Part shown: positions 21,167 through 28,954 of the stretch, one piece after another | Layout: each line of letters opens with the position of its first letter | Position numbering within the stretch: the stretch's first letter is position 1 | Origin: an uncultured Candidatus Binatia bacterium | Lineage (GTDB): Bacteria; Desulfobacterota; Binatia; UBA9968; CAXXLF01 | Direction: 5' to 3' | Assembly (NCBI GenBank): GCA_965218425.1 | Contig: OZ244621.1 | Span: 3,776,001-3,840,000, forward strand | Length of the DNA: 64,000 bases | Notes under the pieces: generated by a model | Told to the model about the DNA's origin: nothing | The model's database searches: none | What the model saw: the letters and a program-made list of their open reading frames with translations, nothing else | Made by a program: the position numbers and the translations under genes

Positions 21167-22231
21167 ATGGGAGAAATACTTGGGATTGGGATGCCCCATG
21201 CACCCCACCTTCAGTTCACCGATGAGGACATGGCCAACTTAGTGCGCCGACTCCTCAGCAGTAACCGAATTCCGGAAAAGATGAAAGATCCGAAGAACTG
21301 GCCCCCTGCTATGCGCCAAGAGTGGGGGGAAGACAGGGGGTTATCATCAGCGAAAAAGCACCGATCTGAATTGGTTCAAGGGCTCCGTGCAGCCCGGGCT
21401 GCTCTGGATGAATTTAAACCCGACTTGGTTCTCATCTGGGGAGACGATCAGTATGAGAACTTTAGGGAGGATCTTCTAACTCCCTTTTGTGTCTATGTAC
21501 TGGATGAAATTGACTGTGCGCTCTTTCAGGCCAGCAAGGGCCTTGGGGCGTCGAAAAATGTATGGGGTGAACCCACGGACAAGTTGGTCAAGGTGAAGTG
21601 TCACCAGGAGGCCGGCGATTATCTGGTGCGAAACCTCATTTTCGGTGGTTATGATGTATCGTGGTCTTATCAACTACACCATGCTGAAATGTTAGGTCAT
21701 GCCTTTCTCCGAACCGTTCTCTACCTGGACTATGACCGTAAAGGTTTTAATTATCCCATTGTGCCCTTTCATGTGAACTGCTATGGCAGTGACCTTCGCA
21801 TTCCGGCGGAACGGCTCGCCAGCCCATCGGGTTTAAACCTTCGGCCGCCCCCTTCACCGTTTCCTTGGCGCTGCTATGATATGGGAAAAGAGATAACCAA
21901 GATCATCCAACAGAGTCCATGGCGTGTGGCGGTGGTGGGTTCCTCCAGTTGGTCCCACGGTTCTCTTACGGCCAAACATCATTTCATGTACCCTGACACA
22001 GAGGCCGATCGGCAACGCTTGCGGGAGTTGAAGGCCGGCGAGCTGCAAAAGTGGCGACAACTGGACCCCAAACAGATGCGAGAGTCCGGTCAGCACGAAA
22101 TGCTGAACTGGCTATGCCTGGCCGGAGCAATGGAAGGTCGGAAAGCCCAGGTGCTCGCCTACGGCGAGACCTATCTCTTTAATTCAGATAAAGCCATCGT
22201 TCTGTTTCCCCCTGGAGATGGAGCTCCCTAG
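21167..22231 (+). CDS. Extradiol ring-cleavage dioxygenase, class III (LigB family)
   Basis: MGEILGIGMPHAP, WGDDQYENF, GHAF, SSSWSH, GQHEMLNW. Confidence 0.85.
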   Translation: MGEILGIGMPHAPHLQFTDEDMANLVRRLLSSNRIPEKMKDPKNWPPAMRQEWGEDRGLSSAKKHRSELVQGLRAARAALDEFKPDLVLIWGDDQYENFREDLLTPFCVYVLDEIDCALFQASKGLGASKNVWGEPTDKLVKVKCHQEAGDYLVRNLIFGGYDVSWSYQLHHAEMLGHAFLRTVLYLDYDRKGFNYPIVPFHVNCYGSDLRIPAERLASPSGLNLRPPPSPFPWRCYDMGKEITKIIQQSPWRVAVVGSSSWSHGSLTAKHHFMYPDTEADRQRLRELKAGELQKWRQLDPKQMRESGQHEMLNWLCLAGAMEGRKAQVLAYGETYLFNSDKAIVLFPPGDGAP

Positions 22232-22343
22232 CCTATTTGTTAACAACACTCTTCGTAGATCTGTTTTGAGCTGACTCGCAAGGTGCTGGGCGGTGTGGTA
22301 TGAGCCATCTCATGATCGTCGCGCGGCCTCGGAGATTGACAAA

Positions 22344-23165
22344 ATGAATGATGGAAAGACTGTCACCTTTCCTTCAGGAAAACGACTGGCTTTGTCGGTT
22401 CATTTTCCGGTCGAATGGTGGACTCAAAAGGATGAGGATTACCTGATCAATTATCGCCGAGAGTATGGTGCCAAGGTGGGGGCTTGGCGGTTGCTCGACG
22501 TATTTGATCGGGTGGGCATAAAAGGCACCTGCCACATGAACGGCATCGTTGCTGAGCTTTTTCCTGACTTGGCCCGAGAGATCGTTCGGCGGGGACACGA
22601 TGTAGCGGGGCATGGTTATGATCAATCCCATCCCCAGTTTCGTATGGGTCCGGCAGAAGAAAGGGAAATCGTGAGGAAAACCCTTTCGACCATCGAGCGG
22701 ATCACGGGTTACAGGCCTAAGGGGTGGGTTTCAACGGGACGGAGAATCAGCGAGAATTCAATCCAAATATTCGCGGAGGAAGGCTTAGTTTGGCATAACC
22801 ACCACGACCTGGGTGACCTTCCTACGTCAGCACAAGTGAATGGGAGAATGATCCTGGATATTCCCATTCAGAGGCACCTGAATCTTGACGAGCGAAGATT
22901 TCTTGGATTTGACGGCAAAGGTCCCCCCATGAGCTTCACCAACATACTGGAGTTTTTTAAGGATCAACTGGACGCTCTTCGAGGGGCTGCACAATACGAG
23001 CACCTGTGCCTTCAATTCGGAGCCCACGCCTACATGTCCGGCCTACCCGCCTATTCTTGGACCCTTGAGAGGATGCTAAATTACTGCCTATCGTTTTCCG
23101 ATGTCTGGATTGTGACAACGTCAGACCTGGCCCAGTATTGGTTGGAAAACAACGTGAAAAAGTAG
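22344..23165 (+). CDS. Polysaccharide deacetylase family protein (PuuE/allantoinase-like)
   Basis: EYGAKVGAWRLL, GHDVAGHG, TGYRPKGW. Confidence 0.8.
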   Translation: MNDGKTVTFPSGKRLALSVHFPVEWWTQKDEDYLINYRREYGAKVGAWRLLDVFDRVGIKGTCHMNGIVAELFPDLAREIVRRGHDVAGHGYDQSHPQFRMGPAEEREIVRKTLSTIERITGYRPKGWVSTGRRISENSIQIFAEEGLVWHNHHDLGDLPTSAQVNGRMILDIPIQRHLNLDERRFLGFDGKGPPMSFTNILEFFKDQLDALRGAAQYEHLCLQFGAHAYMSGLPAYSWTLERMLNYCLSFSDVWIVTTSDLAQYWLENNVKK

Positions 23166-23323
23166 GCTCATGAGTCTGGGTGGGGCGGGTTTGGGCCATC
23201 CGTTCCCCAAATTTATCTTTTATTCCGTAGCATCCGCGTACAGACTAACAAGAGTAGGGATTCAAAGATCGTTTTCTTCATATCGTTCATCCTTTCAATT
23301 AAAGAGAGACCGATGAAAAGTGA

Positions 23324-24478
23324 CTATTTCTTTCTTTTCTTTCGTTCCAATGCCTGGGCCATCAGTTTCCAGTAAAACTTGCTGACCGGCCTGGGATCGA
23401 GAAATCCCAACATTGGGTAGTCCTTATTCTCATCCCTTCGGTCTGCCGCGAGGACGTTGTCCTTTGGGAGATCGATTCTCATGGAGTCTGAACCTTCCAA
23501 AACAACGGTATTCATCACCTCTTGCCAGGTCATCTGGCCTTCTTTGGAAAGGAACCAGTTGATAAAGATCTTTGCGGCGTTAGGGTGGGGAGCGTCGTTT
23601 AAGAAACCAATGACACTACTGTTCCCGCCTCCCAGTTGTCCTGCCTCTTTAATGTGGTCGGCCGGGAAAGTCTCCACGGGAAGCCCCTGACGTTTGGCGC
23701 GTTCGATGTCTCTGCACATAAAGCACAACGGATACTTTCCTCTCCCAAGCCAGTCGGTTGCCTGGCGTCTATTCCGTGAAATGGTGAGGTCCATTTCGTT
23801 AAAGAGTCGTTGCAAAAACTTTTTTCCCACCTTTGGGTTGTAGTAGAGGGTAAGCATTGGAGTCGGAATGGAGCCCCCGCTTCCATAGCTAAAAAATCCG
23901 ATTTTCCCCCTCCACTTAGGATCGAGAATATCCCAATAAGACCTAATTTCTTTTAGATCAGTGAGTTTCTTCGTATTATAGGCCATGCTGGCGCTACCAG
24001 GCGTTCCTTCGTAAAGAAATATGTATTTCTTTTCGGGATCGCGATAAAAGTGTTGGCCTCTATACCAATTGGATGTGTCTGTTACGTCGGGTAATATCAG
24101 ATGAGGTGCGATGGGCTGTAGAAAGTTTGCCAGATAGGCTGTTCGTGCCGCATTGGGGCCATAGGAAAAAATGTCGGCGAGGTATTTACGGGCACGACGC
24201 TCTGCAATGATACGTTGGATCACTTCCGAATGCCCCGACACCGTAACCACCTTGATACCCGGATGTCGCTTCTTAAATACGTTGAGAATCTGCGGATGAG
24301 TTATTTCTGCACCCCCATAAACGGTGACTCTGCCTTCCTTCTTTGCTCCTTCCAGGGTTCTCCCCCACTGCGCTTTCCAGGACGACTTGTCCGGTTGTGC
24401 GCTGCCTGGTGCTGCCAGTAAGAAGATAAATACCCACGGCCCTATAATGGCGAAAAATAACTTGCATGCTAGCTTCAT
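23324..24478 (-). CDS. ABC substrate-binding protein (AfuA-like)
   Basis: Signal peptide, AKKEG, DILDPKWRG, APHPNAAKIFINWFLS; AGGAGG RBS before ATG 24478. Confidence 0.87.
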   Translation of the reverse strand: MKLACKLFFAIIGPWVFIFLLAAPGSAQPDKSSWKAQWGRTLEGAKKEGRVTVYGGAEITHPQILNVFKKRHPGIKVVTVSGHSEVIQRIIAERRARKYLADIFSYGPNAARTAYLANFLQPIAPHLILPDVTDTSNWYRGQHFYRDPEKKYIFLYEGTPGSASMAYNTKKLTDLKEIRSYWDILDPKWRGKIGFFSYGSGGSIPTPMLTLYYNPKVGKKFLQRLFNEMDLTISRNRRQATDWLGRGKYPLCFMCRDIERAKRQGLPVETFPADHIKEAGQLGGGNSSVIGFLNDAPHPNAAKIFINWFLSKEGQMTWQEVMNTVVLEGSDSMRIDLPKDNVLAADRRDENKDYPMLGFLDPRPVSKFYWKLMAQALERKKRKK

Positions 24479-24720
24479 GGAGTGCCTCCTGTGTAATTTG
24501 ATCCCCATGGTTATCGGGCAATTTCCCAATAATTCATGGATTCTTAATAATGGTCAATAAGAAGTCAAAAATAATCATTGGGGTTAGTACCACAGGAATC
24601 CGAAAACTACAATGTCACTGGTTAAGCAAAATAACGCTTTTGCGCTGGGCGGGCCAAATCGCCTGTGACGATCTATGCGGAAGAAAAACGGGGCGGTCAA
24701 GAACAAAGTTGCTGATCGTC

Positions 24721-24748
24721 TTGACAGGGTTGCTGGATGTGATAAGAA
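24721..24748 (+). promoter_or_regulatory. Possible sigma70 promoter for the UbiD gene at 25032
   Basis: TTGACA at 24721 followed by TG-A-TAAGAA (extended -10-like) within an AT-rich divergent intergenic region. Confidence 0.35.
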
Positions 24749-25031
24749 ATGCCTCTGGTTTGAATCGACAAAGGACGATTTAGAACATTAACTTTATCAT
24801 AATAACCATTAAAAATCATTGATTAAAATTGTTTACATCATTGGAAAGATGGAAACCTTCAGGCCCAGGTCAAGTCGGCAGCAAAAAGTTTACGCGATTC
24901 CGAAAAAGCATTTCGGTATTCCCTTCGTTAACACGGCAGCCCGACGCTAGTGCATTCACGAGAATCCTCACACTGTTGACATTAGGCCGACAGGATTGGG
25001 CCGATCTTTCTTAAGCAGAGGAGCATAATAC

Positions 25032-26489
25032 ATGGATATGGAATGGAAGGCATTCGACAGTCTCCAGGAGTTCGTAGAGGCTTGTAAACAAATCGATGAG
25101 TGGCGTGAGATAGAGGGTGCGGACTGGAATGAGGAGATTGGCGCCCTCAGGGAAGTTACCGCGGAATCCATTGATGATCCACCGATGCTTCTATTCGATC
25201 GTATCAAAGGATACCCTGCGGGATTTCGTGTGGTGGGTCTTTTGATGTCGTCCTATAAACGGGGCGCGTTGGCCCTGGGCCTTCCACTGCATTTACCAAA
25301 GGCGGAACTTAACCGTCTGGCAGCAGAAAAGCTCAAGGATATCAAACCCATCCCGCCCATGGAGGTTTCCACTGGTCCGGTTATGGAGAACGTCATGACC
25401 GGGAATGAGGTTGACCTATGGCGTTTCCCCGTGCCGCGTTTTCATGCCATGGATGGAGGACGCTATATTGGGACGGGAGATTCTTTGATCAACCGCGACC
25501 CCGAGAGCGGTTACATCAATGTGGGGACTTACCGGATGCAGGTTCATGACTCCGGTCTCCTGGGCCTCTGGATGAGCCCGGGCCAACATGGTCGGCAGAT
25601 CTGCCAGCGGTATTGGGATCAGGGCAAAAGCTGCCCGGTGGTGGCCGTTTTCGGAGAAGATCCCCTGTCATTCATGGTTTCCCACAGCAAGATCCCCTGG
25701 GGGCACACGGAACTGGAACAGATTGGTGGGTTGCGAGGAAAGCCCCTGGAAGTTATCAAGGGCCCCATAACAGGTCTGCCAATACCTGCCCATGCAGAGA
25801 TTGCCATAGAAGGGGAGGTGCCTCCGCCTAAGGAGGAAGCGCGTGATGAGGGGCCTTTTGGAGAGTGGCCGGGATACTATTCGGGGGGTACCATTGGGAC
25901 CGGAGAGGCTCAACCTGTGATTCGAGTAAAGGCCATTTATCATCGCAACAACCCAATTATTCACGGCGATGCACCCATGTGGCCCGGAGCCCGTCGAGGC
26001 GGCCTATCGGGAGGAGCGGGCCGAGGTGGGGTGGCAGATCTGGCTCGTGCCGGTATCCAAGACGTGGTGGCGGTTGGGAATCACATGGGGTATATCCGGG
26101 TGGTAGCTATCAAGCAACGCTATCCGGGACATGCACAGCAGGCGGCCCGAGCCGTTTCATCGGTGACTCGCAACGGTCGATGGATCGTAGTCGTGGACGA
26201 GGATATCGATCCCACTAACTTTAGTGAAGTGCTCTGGGCAATGACCACCCGAGTGGAACCGGCAAAGGATATTGAGATACTCGAAAATTGCTGGAGTACG
26301 CCGCTGGATCCACTGATGCCTCCCGACAAGCGTGATTCCGGCGACCATACGAATTCATTGGCGGTCTTTTATGCGGTTCGTCCGTTTCATCGGCGCGATA
26401 CTTTCCCTAAAGTGAGCCGTAGCCCCCTAGATCTACGGATAAAGATGCTTGAAAAGTATAAGTCCATCCTTCCGTTCCCGGACAAGTAG
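25032..26489 (+). CDS. UbiD-family decarboxylase
   Basis: LLFDRIKGY, DGGRYIGTG, NVGTYR, EGPFGEWPGYY, VVDEDIDP. Confidence 0.93.
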   Translation: MDMEWKAFDSLQEFVEACKQIDEWREIEGADWNEEIGALREVTAESIDDPPMLLFDRIKGYPAGFRVVGLLMSSYKRGALALGLPLHLPKAELNRLAAEKLKDIKPIPPMEVSTGPVMENVMTGNEVDLWRFPVPRFHAMDGGRYIGTGDSLINRDPESGYINVGTYRMQVHDSGLLGLWMSPGQHGRQICQRYWDQGKSCPVVAVFGEDPLSFMVSHSKIPWGHTELEQIGGLRGKPLEVIKGPITGLPIPAHAEIAIEGEVPPPKEEARDEGPFGEWPGYYSGGTIGTGEAQPVIRVKAIYHRNNPIIHGDAPMWPGARRGGLSGGAGRGGVADLARAGIQDVVAVGNHMGYIRVVAIKQRYPGHAQQAARAVSSVTRNGRWIVVVDEDIDPTNFSEVLWAMTTRVEPAKDIEILENCWSTPLDPLMPPDKRDSGDHTNSLAVFYAVRPFHRRDTFPKVSRSPLDLRIKMLEKYKSILPFPDK

Positions 26490-26773
26490 CAGGAACTCGG
26501 ACCCGGACGATATTCGGTACCCAATTGGAATCGGGGGCAAAGTCTACCCTTGTCTCCATAGCTCCCGGTTGAAAATCCTCCCGGTTTTCCATCTGCTGAT
26601 AATTCATTTGGTGGACCTACATAGATGTGCCTGTCTACTTTGACCCGTCTTAGGATCAAGACCAACGATATTCAAATGTTCGGGGTTAGCTTGAACCTGA
26701 AGTACCACTTCTAGTCAGGTCGTTGACCGAGCTTTTCTGCTGGATCACCTCTGCCTTGCTGTGAAATGATAAG

Positions 26774-26952
26774 CATAGCAGGTCAGTTTCGCGCCCGTTG
26801 AGAATTCAAGAAATCCATTGGGAACATGGGCGTTCGATTGTGGGCCCAGGCACCTCACAGTAAAACTCCACCAATCGGCCGACAAAAATGCAGCCCCGAA
26901 GCCCGGCCCGCGCAGTCCCTACCGCAAGCGGAATTCAAACTGACCCACTACC
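26774..26952. mobile_element. Possible MITE or internally deleted IS with imperfect terminal inverted repeats
   Basis: TAGCAGGTCAGTTT (26776-26789) versus the reverse complement of 26937-26950, TAGTGGGTCAGTTT (12/14 identical); no ORF inside. Confidence 0.35.
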
Positions 26953-27037
26953 GATAGCCTTGACACATTGCCGAGAATCTATGATAGTACGACACCTACG
27001 TTAATTGGGTGGCTAGCCATAAGGAGGTTTTAATCCC

Positions 27038-27997
27038 ATGAGTGAAGAAAAACGTTTGGAAGCAAAGGTGATCTATCGTTCCAACCACTCACAGTTGTCT
27101 TTGATAACCATTCTGGAGCGGGCCGGAATTTGGGATCGACTGGGAATCGACGTTACCCGAATGGAGCTCAAGCGGAACGCGACCGAAGCGGAGGAGGAAC
27201 TCCTCTCAGGCAAGTGTAACGTGATATTTGGTTGCCATATTACCCCCCACCTCAGGGTTGCCAATGGCGATCCATTGGTTTGCATGGCACAGGCAGTGAA
27301 TGTGGCTGAGGACATGTTGGTGAGCACACAACCCGTCTATGACCTGGCGGAACTGAAGGGCAAAACTCTGGCGGAGGAAAAACTATGTGACGAGCATGGA
27401 CACTTGAACGGTCATCCTCGTGGCACCCACGAGCTCTACCTGCGTAACGCTGGCATCTCGTCGGATATGATGGGGATCGAAGCACCTTCGAAGGGGCAAA
27501 GCAGCGTGCAGTTACTTCAAAATGGTAAAGCCGACGCGTTCTTCACCAATGCCACCCGGGAGGCGGAATGCAAGCGTCTTGGCCTCCACACAAAGGTCAT
27601 ACCCGTGTTTCCCATGGTGAACTCCATTACGCTAACCAGCACGGTGCCCTACGTACAAGAAAATGCTGAACTCTACCGACGGATGACCAAGGGACTCGCC
27701 CTGGGCATAGCCTTCATTCATAAGGAAAAAGAAAAGACCCTTGAGGCGCTGGGAGGACAGGTGGCGGATAGATTGGGCATCAAGGATGACGATGAGTTGG
27801 AGCAGTACTACCAGAAACTGCTTAATATTCTCAATCCACGTCTCTGTCCTGATTATCAGTCTCTCTACAATGCCTATCGCATTGCTGAAATAGTTTACCC
27901 GGAAGTCAAGGACAGGGGGAATCCAGTGAAGCTTTGGGATCTCCACTACGTACGCCAGCTCGAGGCTGACGGGTTCTTTGACGAGATTTACAAGTAA
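27038..27997 (+). CDS. ABC substrate-binding-fold protein (NMT1/TauA/SsuA-like), no obvious signal peptide
   Basis: GIWDRLGIDV, ELKGKTL, GKADAF, C-terminal DLHYVRQLEADGFFDEIYK; AAGGAGG RBS. Confidence 0.75.
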   Translation: MSEEKRLEAKVIYRSNHSQLSLITILERAGIWDRLGIDVTRMELKRNATEAEEELLSGKCNVIFGCHITPHLRVANGDPLVCMAQAVNVAEDMLVSTQPVYDLAELKGKTLAEEKLCDEHGHLNGHPRGTHELYLRNAGISSDMMGIEAPSKGQSSVQLLQNGKADAFFTNATREAECKRLGLHTKVIPVFPMVNSITLTSTVPYVQENAELYRRMTKGLALGIAFIHKEKEKTLEALGGQVADRLGIKDDDELEQYYQKLLNILNPRLCPDYQSLYNAYRIAEIVYPEVKDRGNPVKLWDLHYVRQLEADGFFDEIYK

Positions 27998-28059
27998 ATT
28001 TTCTCGGATTCCGCTCTTCAAGGACTACGCGGGAACTTTCCCTAAATCAGTTAAAAACC

Positions 28060-28096
28060 AAAGGCCCTGAGTGGAATCTCACTTAGGGCCTTTTTT
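28060..28096 (+). terminator. Rho-independent terminator (possibly bidirectional)
   Basis: AAGGCCCTGAGTG-gaatct-CACTTAGGGCCTT followed by a T run, between convergent genes. Confidence 0.8.
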
Positions 28097-28244
28097 CGTT
28101 GTTACCTCCGGAAACACGAATAGGATGCCCGTAGAGTGCAGTTGAGGCAGGAGTGCCTGGGAAAACCATCTGAGGCGTACGAATCGTTCAGGGGTGGAAA
28201 AAAACTGGAGAGTATGGCAAAAAGAAGCAAGTGCTTGAAATTGT

Positions 28245-28332
28245 TGGTGCGAAAGGGGGGACTCGAACCCCCACGGGTGTTACCCCACAGGATCCTGAAT
28301 CCTGCGCGTCTACCAAATTCCGCCACTTTCGC
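28245..28332 (-). tRNA. tRNA-Leu (CAG)
   Basis: GCGAAAGTGGCGGAATTTGGTAGACGCG-CAGGA TTCAGGA TCCTG, long variable arm, GGTTCGAGTCC, ...TTTCGCACCA. Confidence 0.96.
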
Positions 28333-28420
28333 ACCGAGGGTGAAAACACTCCTATTCTTAACCCGGGCATGGAACATGTCAAGCTGACAATTCCAAATAA
28401 CCGGCTCCGCGAACACAGAG

Positions 28421-28945
28421 ATGGGAAAAATATTACTCATCGGACCTAATCGAATTCTAAACCAAGCCGTTAGTTTGTATCTCTATCCTCAACATGATGT
28501 TCAGGTTAGATCCGATCTAGAGGAATTGGATGCCAAAGATTTTCAAGGTTACAACCTCCTCATTGTAGATCCTCCTGCCACTGCCGACGCTAAATCCGCC
28601 ACAGCGGTAACCCGATTCATACAAAAATTCAAGACACCGACCCTTTGGCTAGAGGTCAAGGGTTGCGTCCCTTGTCCTAAGAGGGAGCAGATTCTAGGCG
28701 TCAAGATGCCCATTGAACGGGAGGCATTTCAAAAGACCCTGGAGCAACTGCTTTCAAATGACAAGCAAGACGGAAAAGAAAGACTCTCCCAGGGCGGTGG
28801 GGGTTGCGGCCAAAAGGCTACGAACAATAAGGGAGCTGGGAGTAGGGAATCAAAGTCTCCGCCGGAGAATACCCGGTTCATCGATCTGGTGGATATCGTA
28901 GAAGAGGAGACGAAAACGGCACCTGGACACGAACGGCTGAAATGA
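28421..28945 (+). CDS. Hypothetical protein, degenerate receiver-domain-like N-terminus
   Basis: 174-aa ORF (KILLIG...YNLLIVD) ending 9 bp before valS. Confidence 0.55.
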   Translation: MGKILLIGPNRILNQAVSLYLYPQHDVQVRSDLEELDAKDFQGYNLLIVDPPATADAKSATAVTRFIQKFKTPTLWLEVKGCVPCPKREQILGVKMPIEREAFQKTLEQLLSNDKQDGKERLSQGGGGCGQKATNNKGAGSRESKSPPENTRFIDLVDIVEEETKTAPGHERLK

Positions 28946-28954
28946 GATCCATCA

